From IMG/VR virus record IMGVR_UViG_3300018891_000001, positions 124,001-188,000 of that record: 64,000 nt of DNA; one strand, written 5' to 3'. Within the stretch, counting starts at the first letter, position 1. The number at the start of each line of letters is the position of its first letter. The notes under the pieces are model-generated. The model ran no database searches, had not been told where the DNA came from, and worked only from the letters and a program-made list of their open reading frames with translations. Made by a program: the position numbers and the translations under genes. Positions 17,853 through 28,292 of the stretch are shown here, piece by piece.

Positions 17853-18179
17853 ATGGGATTTTATATGTACAATACTCAATTTGTGGATATCGGATTTTCT
17901 AATTATGTGGAAGTAAGCAAAATTTTGACAGTGAATCGTCCGGATTCTTCTCCAATCAAAAGAGTTATTCAACACGCAAAAGAAACAGGAAACTTTCTTG
18001 ATTTAACACAAGGAAAAAAGACAAGAAGTATTATTACACAAAAAGGGGAAAATGGCATTGTCGTCACTGCTTCCGCCGTACAAACAACTACCATTATTGA
18101 TCGTATTCGTCGCTCGCAGCAAGCTAAAGAAGTAGTCGAAAAAGTATCCGACGAAATCGTAGAAACTACAGTCGAATAA
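17853..18179 (+). CDS. remA: RemA/DUF370-family protein
   Basis: FVDIGFSNYV...RPDSSPIKRVIQHAKETG.FLDLTQGKKTRSII. Confidence 0.85.
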   Translation: MGFYMYNTQFVDIGFSNYVEVSKILTVNRPDSSPIKRVIQHAKETGNFLDLTQGKKTRSIITQKGENGIVVTASAVQTTTIIDRIRRSQQAKEVVEKVSDEIVETTVE

Positions 18180-18199
18180 CATAAAGAGGAGGACATACC

Positions 18200-19690
18200 A
18201 TGTGCCAAGGCATACACGTTCATGTACATAGTGAAGAAAGTTTGCTTGACGGATTATCAACTGTCAAACAGCTTGTTGCTAAAGCCAAAGCACTTGGACA
18301 TATTGCTTTAGGGCTTACCGATCATGGTGTGTGTGGAGCTATACCGGATTTTATTTCTGAGTGTCAGAAACAGGGTATTAAACCTATTCCGGGATGCGAG
18401 GTATACATGACCAAAAATCGTTTAATCAAAGGAAAAGAACTAGAAGAAATGCGTATCAAACTTTGCACCAAATACAAAATTACAGATCATAAAGGCAAGC
18501 CTAAGATGAAATTACTCCAAGATTTTCTTCGAAAAGTAGAAAAGAATTATGCTTGCTTTGAAGAAGAGGCTCGCATCCTATTAAAAGACTATCTCATGTC
18601 AAGTGACCCTGAACCCAAGGAGGAGTCACTTGATTTATTTTCCATCTATGAAATAGATTTTAATGAACCTCTAGAAGCGAAAAAAGCTCCCGATACTGTT
18701 GAAGAAAAAATAGAAGCTTTTAAAAAAGAAGTGTTTCACTACCTTGACTATGGTAATTTTCACATGGTGTTACTTGCCATGAATAATCAAGGACTGGAGG
18801 ATTTATATGAGATTGTTTCTGATGCTCATATTAATGGCTTCTATTCTGATCCTCGTACCGACCTTGATTTTATTCGAGAAAGAGGTCTGGGCAGGAATCT
18901 TATTGCTACTTCAGCCTGTCTTGGGAGTTATTTTAGTCAGCTCTGTTTGGCAGGAAGAATTGAAGAAGCGAAACAACATATTTTAGAATGCAAAGAAACC
19001 TTTGCACATTTTTATTTAGAAAAACAGGCTACCTCTATCCCCGAACAACTTTATATTAACCAAATCATTGATCAATTAGCCGTTGAAACCAATACACCGA
19101 AAATTCTCACCACAGACGTACACTATGCCAATAAAGAAGACAATCACATTCATGATATCCTTGTTACATCTTCTATTGGTAAGTGTATCTCTGATGAAAA
19201 CCGTATGAAATACGCCCATGAATTCTGGATGAAAAATGACGAAGAAATGATGGAAAAATGTTACGATCCAGAAGCATGGGGGAATACACTAAAAATTGCT
19301 GAAATGGTCAATGTTTCCTTACCGAAGGAGCCATTATTTCCAAAATTCTTGATTGAAGGAAATGAAACGGCTGATGAACTATTGAGAAAGAAAGCATGGA
19401 ACGGTTTATTCGAAATGGCATTAACCGAAGATATTGATATTCAAGAATACTCTCGAAGACTCCAATATGAACTGGATGTTATTTGTACAGAAGGATTTTC
19501 AGATTATTTCTTGATTACCGAAGATAAAATGAGAGCCACAAATGAAGCCGGCTTTTTAACAGGTCCGGGGCGTGGTTCGGGTGCAGGCTCACTCGTATGT
19601 CGATGCCTCAAAATTACTGCACTGGATCCGATTAAAGAAAACCTACTATTTGAGCGTTTCCTAAATCCAGAACGTGCTGGATATCCTGAT
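18200..19690 (+). CDS. dnaE: DNA polymerase III alpha, exon 1 (PHP domain and start of polymerase domain)
   Basis: HVHSEESLLDG, TDHG, SACLGS, GPGRGSGAGSLV, FERFLNPERAGYPD; the join 18200-19690 + 21004-21683 + 23092-24451 is 3531 nt and in frame. Confidence 0.9.
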
Positions 19691-21003
19691 TGGCTAACAA
19701 AATTTGTAGCGTAATGCATTTCATTTTCCTATCAATAATGATACAATAGATATAGATTATTGATAGGAGGAAGCAATAATGGGGAAACTTTATACGTATG
19801 ATATTATCTGTGAAACATGTGGAGAAACTGTAACTGTTACACGTTCAAGAAAAAATTCGAGATATTGCTCTAAATCGTGTGCATCCAAAGCGCCTCGAAA
19901 ATACAAAAACATCAACGAACAAGAAATTATTGATATGTATCAAAACGGATTATCCTTACAAAAGATTGAACAACAAACAAGCATCAAGATAGAGAAAATA
20001 AGAAAGATCATTCATCAAATAGGAATTATGAGAAGCAATAAAGAAAACTCTCGCAAATATCATATTAATCATGATTATTTTGAAACGATTGATACTGAAC
20101 ACAAAGCATATTGGCTTGGATTTATATATGCTGATGGATATATTGCAAAAAGAAAGGGTAATCAAAAATGCATCGGTATTGCATTATCAAGAAAAGATGA
20201 AGATCATATAAAAAATTTCTTGTTCGACGTTGATTCTAATTATGTAATTAGACAGTATACAGGAACAACTCCAGATGGAAAAGATTTTGAATATTCAAGA
20301 GTGATTATTACATCTGATAAAATGTTCGATGATTTATTGAATAAAGGAGTTGTCGAACACAAAACATTGGTTCTTCAATTTCCTTCATTCGAAATTGTCC
20401 CAAAAACTTTAATGCATCATTTTATCAGAGGATACTTTGATGGTGATGGATCATTCTCAAAATGCATAGAAGGATATACTCTTCCATATAAAGTGAGAAT
20501 CTGTGGAACAAAAGAGTTTCTTCAAGGCATTGAGAATTTTATTGGAATCAAAGGGAATTACAGTAAACGTCATAAAGATGATAAGAATAATTGGACATTA
20601 GAATACTCCAATAAAGAAGATATCCTTCAATTTGCTAATACCATTTACGAATATTGCACAATCTGCTTAAACAGAAAATATCAACGCTACAAAGAAATGT
20701 TGGATCAGTCGTCCTAATAAGAAACTATTAGGATTATCACTCGGTGAATTGCTGGAAACTCCTTAGAGCCTTATACACCACAACGTAGTTGGAAACGACA
20801 AGCGTGATGGTTTGAAAAGTATAAGGATTGGACAATCAGCAGCCAAGCTCCTAAGTCACAAGATATGGAGAAGGTTCAACGACCATCCCGTGGGAGGGAG
20901 TAGGGCAAATGCCCGAAGTGCCGAGCACCCAAACCGTTAAGGTCGGTGGGTGAAGATATGGTCTATTCCCTATACAAATATGTCGAAAGACAGGGTATCA
21001 AAG
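19691..21003 (+). mobile_element. Group I intron 1 in dnaE, HEG in P1 loop
   Basis: Core motifs gaattgctggaaac, aatcagcagccaag, gttcaacgacca, aagatatggtcta; ends in G; removal restores PD|LDIDY; the U.G register at the 5' site is not clean, so the boundary may be off by 1. Confidence 0.85.
19779..20717 (+). CDS. Intron-encoded LAGLIDADG homing endonuclease with N-terminal Zn finger and HTH
   Basis: YWLGFIYADG and FIRGYFDGDG; CETCG...YCSKSC. Confidence 0.9.
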   Translation: MGKLYTYDIICETCGETVTVTRSRKNSRYCSKSCASKAPRKYKNINEQEIIDMYQNGLSLQKIEQQTSIKIEKIRKIIHQIGIMRSNKENSRKYHINHDYFETIDTEHKAYWLGFIYADGYIAKRKGNQKCIGIALSRKDEDHIKNFLFDVDSNYVIRQYTGTTPDGKDFEYSRVIITSDKMFDDLLNKGVVEHKTLVLQFPSFEIVPKTLMHHFIRGYFDGDGSFSKCIEGYTLPYKVRICGTKEFLQGIENFIGIKGNYSKRHKDDKNNWTLEYSNKEDILQFANTIYEYCTICLNRKYQRYKEMLDQSS

Positions 21004-21683
21004 CTCGATATTGATTACTCATATGATGGAGCACGATGGGTACAAATGTACTTAAAAGAAAAATACGGGCATGATAAAGTTGCACAAATTGGAACCAAAG
21101 GAACGTTAGCAGCAAGAGCCGTCATCCGTCGTGTCGGAAAAACATTAGGATTAGAAAACGCCACAGTGGATGCTTTTGCAAAATCGATTCCTTCCCGTCC
21201 TGGTATTACATTAAATGAGGCTTATGCTGAAGAACCAATGGTACAGCAATATGCACAAACTTATCCGCAGTGGTGGGAAGCGGCAAAAGCATTAGAAGGT
21301 CATATTAGTCAAGTCGGAGTTCATGCCGGAGGAATTGTCTTATCTCCTGTTCCTCTCACCAAAGTCACTCCACTTCGCTTGGATAGTGAAGGACTTGAAA
21401 CAACCCAATATGATATGAAGTGGATTGAAAAATTCCTCGTCAAATTTGATATTTTAAAACTCGATACGCTGGACTTGATTAAAAAGACGATGGAGTTTGC
21501 AGGTATTTGGGGAACGATGGATCCGTATCGAGATATTGATGTTAATGATCCAAACATCTATAAAAATGTGTATAATCAACTCAATTTATCTGGTATCTTC
21601 CAGTGTGAATCCGATCTGTTTCGAAAAATTATTAATGATATGAAACCCAACTCTTTTGCTGATATTTCGGTTATTGTTGCCCT
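21004..21683 (+). CDS. dnaE: DNA polymerase III alpha, exon 2
   Basis: LDIDYS, VAQIGT, GVHAGGIVLS, LVKFDILKL, GIFQCES. Confidence 0.9.
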
Positions 21684-23091
21684 TAACTAATCCGGTCAAT
21701 CGGGGGCAACATTAAAAAAGCGGGTTATATGCTGGAACACCCTAAAGCCTACGGTACGCATAGCGTAACAATCCGTATGGATGTAACAATGGGCAACCAG
21801 CAGGGAAGGGTAGCTCGAAACCCACCCTCAGAGACTGGGAGAATATCTCCGCTTATGGAAGGTAACGACCATAAGCAACCCCGCTAGGATTGCTGTGAAG
21901 CAAACCGAATGATACAGTCCGACCTCTAGTGAAAGCTAGAGAGCTAGGCAGAAATGACCTAGCCATTATGACAAACAGGTTGACAACATATGAATTAATT
22001 CAAGGCGCTTATAAGGAGTCCAATATGGAATAGCAAGGTATTTGTAACCATGTTGCAGCAACAATTCCTTTTTAATCTGATCACGTTGTTGAATTTTTAA
22101 CAAGTCATCTTCACCGTTAGGATGATATTTCTCATACAAGTGGTAATGTTGCTCACCATGGTATTCAACACAAAGCTTATATTCTTCATAAAAAGCATCC
22201 ACATAAAGATGTTTACCAGTTGCAGAATTAATCAAGAAATCAAAAGTCTTTTCAGTAACCATTGGTGTATCTAAAATAGATGAAATCATTTTAAAGTAAT
22301 ATTGAGCAGTTCGATTTTCCTTTGTATAGTTTGCAGGAACACCGGCAAGCTCACACGCTTTGACAAATCCGAATCGGCGTTTATAAGTTTCACTAGAAAA
22401 CTTCGATTCAGCATCCACTAATGATTGAGATACAAAACCAAAATCGTTGTAAAGATTTCTTAATTCTTGCAGCAATTCCTCATCTGGTATGTTTTGTGGA
22501 TTTGCAATTGAACAACCTGCTTTTTCAAAAGCATTGTTCCATGATTTGAATAAACGATAAATAACATTTTGCGAATATTTACCTTGCTTTAAATAAAGCT
22601 CCTTAGTAATGCGACCATTAGTTTGAAAGACTGATTGAATATCAGCAATTACTTCATCTTCTGTGTAAATCGTTTTTTTACAAGCACTTGCAGGATTTTG
22701 TTGATCACTAATTGGAACACCGGCTTCACTATAAGCTAAATACACAGAAGCAAATTCTCTTTTAAAAGTATCGTATTTCCATTTTCCATAAGTATTAATA
22801 ATAGCTTGAGTGACCTTGCCATGTTCCTTATATAATCGTTGAATTTCAGTAATCAATGATTCACGAGTAGGTTTAATATCTTCTCCTGTAAGAGCTTTAG
22901 TAAAATGAGAAATGCCACCAAACTTTTTAAGTTGATAATACGTGTAACGAGAATGATTCATATAAATCTGTTTGGTGACTTTCCCGTATTCTTTGTAAAG
23001 TCTTTCAAAATCATTTAATAATTGCTCATATGTTACGTCCATATATAATTCCTCCTTAAAAGAACCTGTTTGTTATATTGTAACATAAAAG
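21684..23091 (+). mobile_element. Group I intron 2 in dnaE, with antisense HEG
   Basis: P1 gttgccct/ggggcaac with U.G; P10 atcg/cggt; tatatgctggaac, aaccagcagg, ctcagagact, aatgatacagtcc; terminal G 23091; removal restores AL|GRPGP. Confidence 0.9.
21966..23042 (-). CDS. Putative homing endonuclease: helical repeats plus Vsr/DUF559-like PD-(D/E)XK domain, antisense to its intron
   Basis: Repeated E....I..L....GK.T....Y units; LYVDAFYEEYKLCVEYHGEQHY...RDQIKKE; RBS aaggagg. Confidence 0.75.
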   Translation of the reverse strand: MDVTYEQLLNDFERLYKEYGKVTKQIYMNHSRYTYYQLKKFGGISHFTKALTGEDIKPTRESLITEIQRLYKEHGKVTQAIINTYGKWKYDTFKREFASVYLAYSEAGVPISDQQNPASACKKTIYTEDEVIADIQSVFQTNGRITKELYLKQGKYSQNVIYRLFKSWNNAFEKAGCSIANPQNIPDEELLQELRNLYNDFGFVSQSLVDAESKFSSETYKRRFGFVKACELAGVPANYTKENRTAQYYFKMISSILDTPMVTEKTFDFLINSATGKHLYVDAFYEEYKLCVEYHGEQHYHLYEKYHPNGEDDLLKIQQRDQIKKELLLQHGYKYLAIPYWTPYKRLELIHMLSTCLS

Positions 23092-24451
23092 CGGTAGACC
23101 AGGACCTTTAGATCTAATTCCTACATATGTTGCTCGCAAATGGGGAAGAGAAAAAGTCACTTATCCATTTCTAGAGTTAGCACCAGTACTTGAAGAAACA
23201 TATGGAGTTTGGGTATATCAGGAGCAGCTTATGAGAGCTTCACAGATTTTAGGTGGACTGACACTAGGACAAGCTGACATGATTCGTAAGGGAGTTGCTA
23301 AGAAAAAATTTGATTTAATGAACCGATGGATTGATCTCATGATTTACGGCAGCGAGGAGTATAAACGTCGTCATGCTCAATTAGTCAATCAATATCCGTT
23401 AGATGCGGAAGGAAAATCCACCGTACCACTTAACGAAGAAGGAAAACCTGCCTTATGGGTCGATTATGAGTACGAGCAAGTTCCTGATGTAGAAGGGGCC
23501 ATTGCTCGTGGATTTGATGAACCAACCTTGCTCAAAATTAAAGCCGACTGGATTAAGTTCGGTAATTACTGTTTCAATAAAGCCCACTCAGCGGCATATG
23601 CCTTTTTATCATGCATTACCGCATGGTTAAAATGCTACTATCCTGTTGAATTTATGGCTGCTTTATTAACCATGGCAGAAGGAAAGAAAGATAAAAACGG
23701 AAATCCAAAAACCATTCACTACATGAAAGAATGTGAAGAAATGGGAATCCGTATTTTGTCTCCTGATATTAATCAATCCATGTCTGGCTGGACTCCAATT
23801 TCCTATAATGAGATCCAATACGATAATCAGAATCGACCATGTATCGGTGAAATTCGCTATGGTCTAGCAAGTATTGGCGGTGTAAGTGAAGAATCTGTTG
23901 TAGAAATTATTTTGCGTCGTTCGTATTCTTCCTTAGAAGATTTTATTGCCAAAGTCAACAGCACAAAAGTGAATAAAACCAAAGTAATAGCCTTAATTAA
24001 AGCGGGTTGTTTTGATTCCTTCACTCCTAATCGTAATCTTCTTCTTCGTAACTATTATCGATCCCGTGGTGAAGAGTATGAGCATATCCCAACAACTACA
24101 AACAAAGCTACTATTCTTTCTTACGAGCGAGAAGTTTTCGGGACAGCCATTAGTATTCGTTCTCGATGGGAAAAAATCGAAGAAGGAGCTCAAACTCAAC
24201 TCACCGGTCATATTAATGAAATCGAATCCTGGAGAGCGAAAACAGGAAAAACCCATTTTACATTGGTGGTTGAAACACAGGAAGAACCAATCTTCGTTAC
24301 GGTATGGGGTTATTTAATGGAAAAATATAAAAATGAACTTCAAATTGGAAACAAAGTCACCATTAAAGGGGAAAAATCGAAAAACAAGCTGATTGCAAAA
24401 ACCGTCCAACAACACGCCAATATGTATGAAGTAGATTTGCCTTCAGCATAG
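23092..24451 (+). CDS. dnaE: DNA polymerase III alpha, exon 3
   Basis: GRPGP, YGVWVYQEQLM, YCFNKAHSAAY, YYPVEFMAALL, OB fold at the C-terminus. Confidence 0.9.
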
Positions 24452-24577
24452 GGAATGGATGCCGTCACTAAAAGAGGACGGTATCTGCACCTGTCTCCTT
24501 TACCTAAGCTCGTCTATTACTACTATATGTACCTCCCAAGACAAGTAGTACAAAAAAGAAAAAAACAGGAGGTCAAA

Positions 24578-24910
24578 ATGGAGCTCGTTCAACAATACTT
24601 ACGGATGCACTGGGCCTATTATTTTTGGATAGCCGACCAAGAACATACCATTTGGTATATTGTTCATCAAGGGATTACATTAGAACCTTGTCCTATTTAT
24701 CTTAATACTTATAATGCTTCGATTCGAATGTTGAAGGAGCATTATGAAGAAATCACAGAACAAGCATATGGATGGCAAAATCGATACCCTAAAATTGTTC
24801 GTATGAATCAATTAAAAGAAGTGGAGGCCTTTGAAATGATTTGGAAAGGTGTCTCTTATGAAGATGATATCGTTATTATTCACTGTAAGGCGAAATGGAT
24901 GACGGAGTGA
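24578..24910 (+). CDS. Hypothetical protein (MELVQQYL...)
   Basis: RBS aggaggt before ATG 24578. Confidence 0.7.
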   Translation: MELVQQYLRMHWAYYFWIADQEHTIWYIVHQGITLEPCPIYLNTYNASIRMLKEHYEEITEQAYGWQNRYPKIVRMNQLKEVEAFEMIWKGVSYEDDIVIIHCKAKWMTE

Positions 24911-24919
24911 AAAAGTTAT

Positions 24920-25033
24920 ATGGATTTAGTAAAAATGTATTTAGAACAAACCGATAAAGAACAAAAATATAACCCATTAGGAAACCAACAAGGAATACTA
25001 TCTTTTCAGGATACGCACGTTTTATTCCATTGA
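24920..25033 (+). CDS. Short ORF (MDLVKMYL..., 37 aa; possibly frameshifted)
   Basis: RBS ggagtg; not in ORF track. Confidence 0.45.
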   Translation: MDLVKMYLEQTDKEQKYNPLGNQQGILSFQDTHVLFH

Positions 25034-25117
25034 AATTCAGATGCACCATATACCAATGAGGAAAGAAGCATAGTAAACGTCATTTTTCGTTTAAAAGATG
25101 GATTTTTCATCTAACCA

Positions 25118-25141
25118 TGTTATAATATGTAATGCATTACA
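25118..25141 (+). promoter_or_regulatory. Extended -10 promoter with operator-like palindrome
   Basis: TG-T-TATAAT 25118-25126; TGTAATGCATTACA 25128-25141. Confidence 0.7.
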
Positions 25142-25163
25142 AGAAACAGAAAGAGGGAATATT

Positions 25164-25679
25164 ATGGAGCTGACAATAGAATATCTAAAATATTATATCA
25201 AAGTGAATCAAGCCTTAAAAAATCAAAATCAATTATTTGTAAAGCTAATGAATACAGATGATCCTATTTTTATTCCATCAAAAAAATATCCAAGCGATGC
25301 CGGATATGATTGTCGGGCTCGAATTGAAGAATCCATTACTTTGCAACCGGGAGAACGAGTTCGTATTCCACTTGGATTTGCTATAAATATTCCATTACAC
25401 TATACAGGCGATTTACGTCCACGAAGCGGATTAACCTGGAATCACGGTATTATGGTAGGATATGGTACAATTGATCCGGGTTATACAGGAGAAGTGATGG
25501 CTACGATTTTTAATTTCAGCCAAGAACCTTTTACCATTCAACCAAAAGACCGTATTGCTCAATTAGTTATTTTGCCAACAATCCATAGCAATGATGAATT
25601 CATTACATTACAACCAGTCAATGAATTAGTAGAACTAGACCGTGGAGACAAAGGACACGGAAGCACAGGAATCCAATAA
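25164..25679 (+). CDS. dut: Trimeric dUTPase
   Basis: DAGYD, RPRSG, GTIDPGYTGE, RIAQL, RGDKGHGSTG. Confidence 0.92.
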   Translation: MELTIEYLKYYIKVNQALKNQNQLFVKLMNTDDPIFIPSKKYPSDAGYDCRARIEESITLQPGERVRIPLGFAINIPLHYTGDLRPRSGLTWNHGIMVGYGTIDPGYTGEVMATIFNFSQEPFTIQPKDRIAQLVILPTIHSNDEFITLQPVNELVELDRGDKGHGSTGIQ

Positions 25680-25797
25680 GAAAGAAGTGAGCATCATGAG
25701 TTTTGCGGATTGGATCATAACTATTCTATGGTCTATATGTTTCATAAGAATCTGTATATACATTCAAAATCAAAAAACACCAAAGGAGTGAAAGAAT

Positions 25798-26877
25798 ATG
25801 GGTTTTCAAATGAAATACCAAATTCAAAAACAATATCTTACTGCACCAAGTAAACGTCGCCCGGGAGTAGCAGTACCAGAAGTTCGATTTATTGTTGCGC
25901 ACGACACCGGAAATCCGGGATCAACAGCAAAAGGAAATATTGGCTATTATGAACGCACTCACAACAGCATAAGTGCATCCGCTCATATCTTTGTTGATGA
26001 CAAAGAAATTATCGAATGTATTCCTTTCCTTACGGGGAAACCGGAGAAGGCATGGCATGTGCTCTATAATGTAACAACCGATAATCAAATGTATGGAGAA
26101 GATGCCAATGATGTAGCACTAGGTGTAGAGCTTTGTTGGGGTCCTGGCATTAACTCTGAGGAAGCTTATAAACGTTACATCTGGGTATTAGCCTATGCTT
26201 GTTATAAGTTTCAATTAGATCCAACAAAAGCCATTGTTGGTCATGACGTACTGGATCCGGGTAGAAAGATTGACCCATCTAATGCACTAAAATATATGGG
26301 CAAAACGTATCAGCAATTCCTAAAAGATGTAGTAAATGAGTATAACCGTTGTGTTGAGAAAACAGTCATCCAACCAGCTAAACCCCTTCAGGAAGATACG
26401 TATACCATTCAACCCGGGGATACATTCTGGAATATTGCTCAACGCATGAAAGATATTACAGTACAAGATTTAATTCGATGGAATCCAACTATTGATCCGT
26501 CTAATTTACAAGTAGGACAAGTCATTTCCCTAAAGCCACCAAAAGAAAAAACGACGAAATCTACAACAAAAACGGATTCAAAAACCAATTCCAAGAAAAC
26601 AGAAACTAAGAAAAATGAAACAAAAAAGAAAATCACACTCCCAAATAAAACCTTAAAACGAGGAGATCGTGGTAACGATGTACTAGCTGTCCAAAAAGCA
26701 TTAGCTTCTCTTTCTTTCTATCCAGATAAAAATGCACCGAACTACGGGTGTGACGGCATATATGGTCCAAAAACAGAAAATGCTGTTTCCCGATTCCAAT
26801 CTGTATACGTTGGAGATGTAGACGGCATTTACGGACCAAAAACAAAAGCAGCTTTAGAGAAGTTGCTCAATAAATAA
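25798..26877 (+). CDS. Endolysin: Amidase_2 + LysM + PG-binding domain
   Basis: IVAHDTGN, SAHIFVD, IVGH...KIDP; YTIQPGDTFWNIA; DGIYGPKT twice. Confidence 0.9.
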   Translation: MGFQMKYQIQKQYLTAPSKRRPGVAVPEVRFIVAHDTGNPGSTAKGNIGYYERTHNSISASAHIFVDDKEIIECIPFLTGKPEKAWHVLYNVTTDNQMYGEDANDVALGVELCWGPGINSEEAYKRYIWVLAYACYKFQLDPTKAIVGHDVLDPGRKIDPSNALKYMGKTYQQFLKDVVNEYNRCVEKTVIQPAKPLQEDTYTIQPGDTFWNIAQRMKDITVQDLIRWNPTIDPSNLQVGQVISLKPPKEKTTKSTTKTDSKTNSKKTETKKNETKKKITLPNKTLKRGDRGNDVLAVQKALASLSFYPDKNAPNYGCDGIYGPKTENAVSRFQSVYVGDVDGIYGPKTKAALEKLLNK

Positions 26878-27017
26878 TACATTAGAAGGAGAAGTGAATC
26901 ATGGCACTTACTACCCAGGACATTTATATTTCTATCCCCCAAAAACCAAAAGGGGGACGAAAAGGAAAATAGATATGGAGGGGAAACCACCCAAATTTCA
27001 TATAAGGTGGATATGAG

Positions 27018-28280
27018 ATGAAAAAAGTCAGAGGAAAAATTAATTGGGAAGCCTATCCTGAAGCTGTTCAGGAAATTTTGCAACTTCGAGAAAAAGGGGA
27101 GAGCTATCCCATTATTGCTAAAATCATCAACAAGAAATTTCAACTCAATGCAAACCATCATATCATTAAACGAGTCTATAACAAGTACATGTTGCAATCC
27201 TTAAAATCTAAGACTCACTCCGCTTCAGAAAGGATTGCCCATGAAAAAGATGAATGGAATGTTTCATACAAAGAAAGTGTAGAAATCAGCGGTGATGGAA
27301 CGCATAGAAGTGATAAATTATTACGCATGTCAGCAGAACAATCAAAAGATGTGAATTACTTATTAGAAGCACATGGATATGATAAAGAAGAATGGGAGCT
27401 TGTATCTGCTCGAAATAATATTTGGAACACATACAGTAAACAAGATGGCATTATGGTGTTATATGCAAGTAAAATCACCGTAAAACCAAAGAATACAAAA
27501 TTCTCGATGGAAAAACTACTTGATTCAATTAAAGAAGTGCCATCTGTATGGATTCCAACCGAACCAGTAGTTTTAGAAGAAAAACGACTTCTAGAGATTC
27601 CTTTCTTTGATGCTCACTTTGGTATTTCTGATTACGAATATTACCGTCAAACACAATATGATACACTGCATATTATCCGATCTCGAAAATGGGAAGAAAT
27701 CTTATTCGTTATTGGACAAGATATGCTGCATAATGATAATTTCCGAGGTCAAACAGCAAACGGAACTCTCATACAAGAAGTCGATATGATTCAGGCATGG
27801 GAAGACTGTAAAAAATTTTATTATCCTCTTATTGAAGAAGCTATCCGACAGGCTCATTCTGTCAAACTTATTTTCTCTAAAGGAAATCATGATGAATCTA
27901 TGGGGTGGGCCTTTGTTCAGTTATTAAAAGAACGATACCCACAAGTAAGTGTAGACGATAGCTTTATAGAGCGAAAAGCCCATGTATTTGGAAAAGTGTT
28001 TATTGGAATCACTCACGGAGATAAAGCACGAAAAAACTTGCATAATTTGTTTCCTGTTGAGTTTCCGGACTTATGGAGTCAAGCTAAAACACGAGAGATT
28101 CATACCGGACACATCCATAAAGAAGATGGCCAAGATATATTCGGCATGATGGTTCGCACTTTATCTACTCGAAATAAAACGGATAAATGGCACAAAGATA
28201 ACGGATTTGTCGGTGCTCATAAACGGTTTATGTTATTTGAATACAATGAGGAAGAATTAAAAAGCATTCACTACGTCTAA
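27018..28280 (+). CDS. Calcineurin-like metallophosphoesterase with N-terminal HTH-like region
   Basis: DAHFG, GQDMLH, GNHD, THGD, GHIH motifs. Confidence 0.8.
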   Translation: MKKVRGKINWEAYPEAVQEILQLREKGESYPIIAKIINKKFQLNANHHIIKRVYNKYMLQSLKSKTHSASERIAHEKDEWNVSYKESVEISGDGTHRSDKLLRMSAEQSKDVNYLLEAHGYDKEEWELVSARNNIWNTYSKQDGIMVLYASKITVKPKNTKFSMEKLLDSIKEVPSVWIPTEPVVLEEKRLLEIPFFDAHFGISDYEYYRQTQYDTLHIIRSRKWEEILFVIGQDMLHNDNFRGQTANGTLIQEVDMIQAWEDCKKFYYPLIEEAIRQAHSVKLIFSKGNHDESMGWAFVQLLKERYPQVSVDDSFIERKAHVFGKVFIGITHGDKARKNLHNLFPVEFPDLWSQAKTREIHTGHIHKEDGQDIFGMMVRTLSTRNKTDKWHKDNGFVGAHKRFMLFEYNEEELKSIHYV

Positions 28281-28292
28281 GGAGGAAGCTAT

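Noticed and set aside
20950-21003. ORF-track N-terminal extensions such as 20950-21003, 50777-50962 and 30422-30637
   Set aside because: They run through intron core RNA or overlap another gene and lack an RBS
19691-23091. dnaE, SF2 helicase and pcrA fragments as pseudogenes, split genes or intein hosts
   Set aside because: In-frame stops follow each exon, group I core motifs are present, and removal restores conserved motifs in frame
6247-26973. Several short ORFs with good RBS that seem to continue in another frame (6247-6371, 10786-10950, 24920-25070, 26901-26973) as programmed frameshifts
   Set aside because: No shared slippery heptamer or stimulatory structure; most break at short homopolymers, so sequencing indels or gene decay are more likely. 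Raw reads would decide
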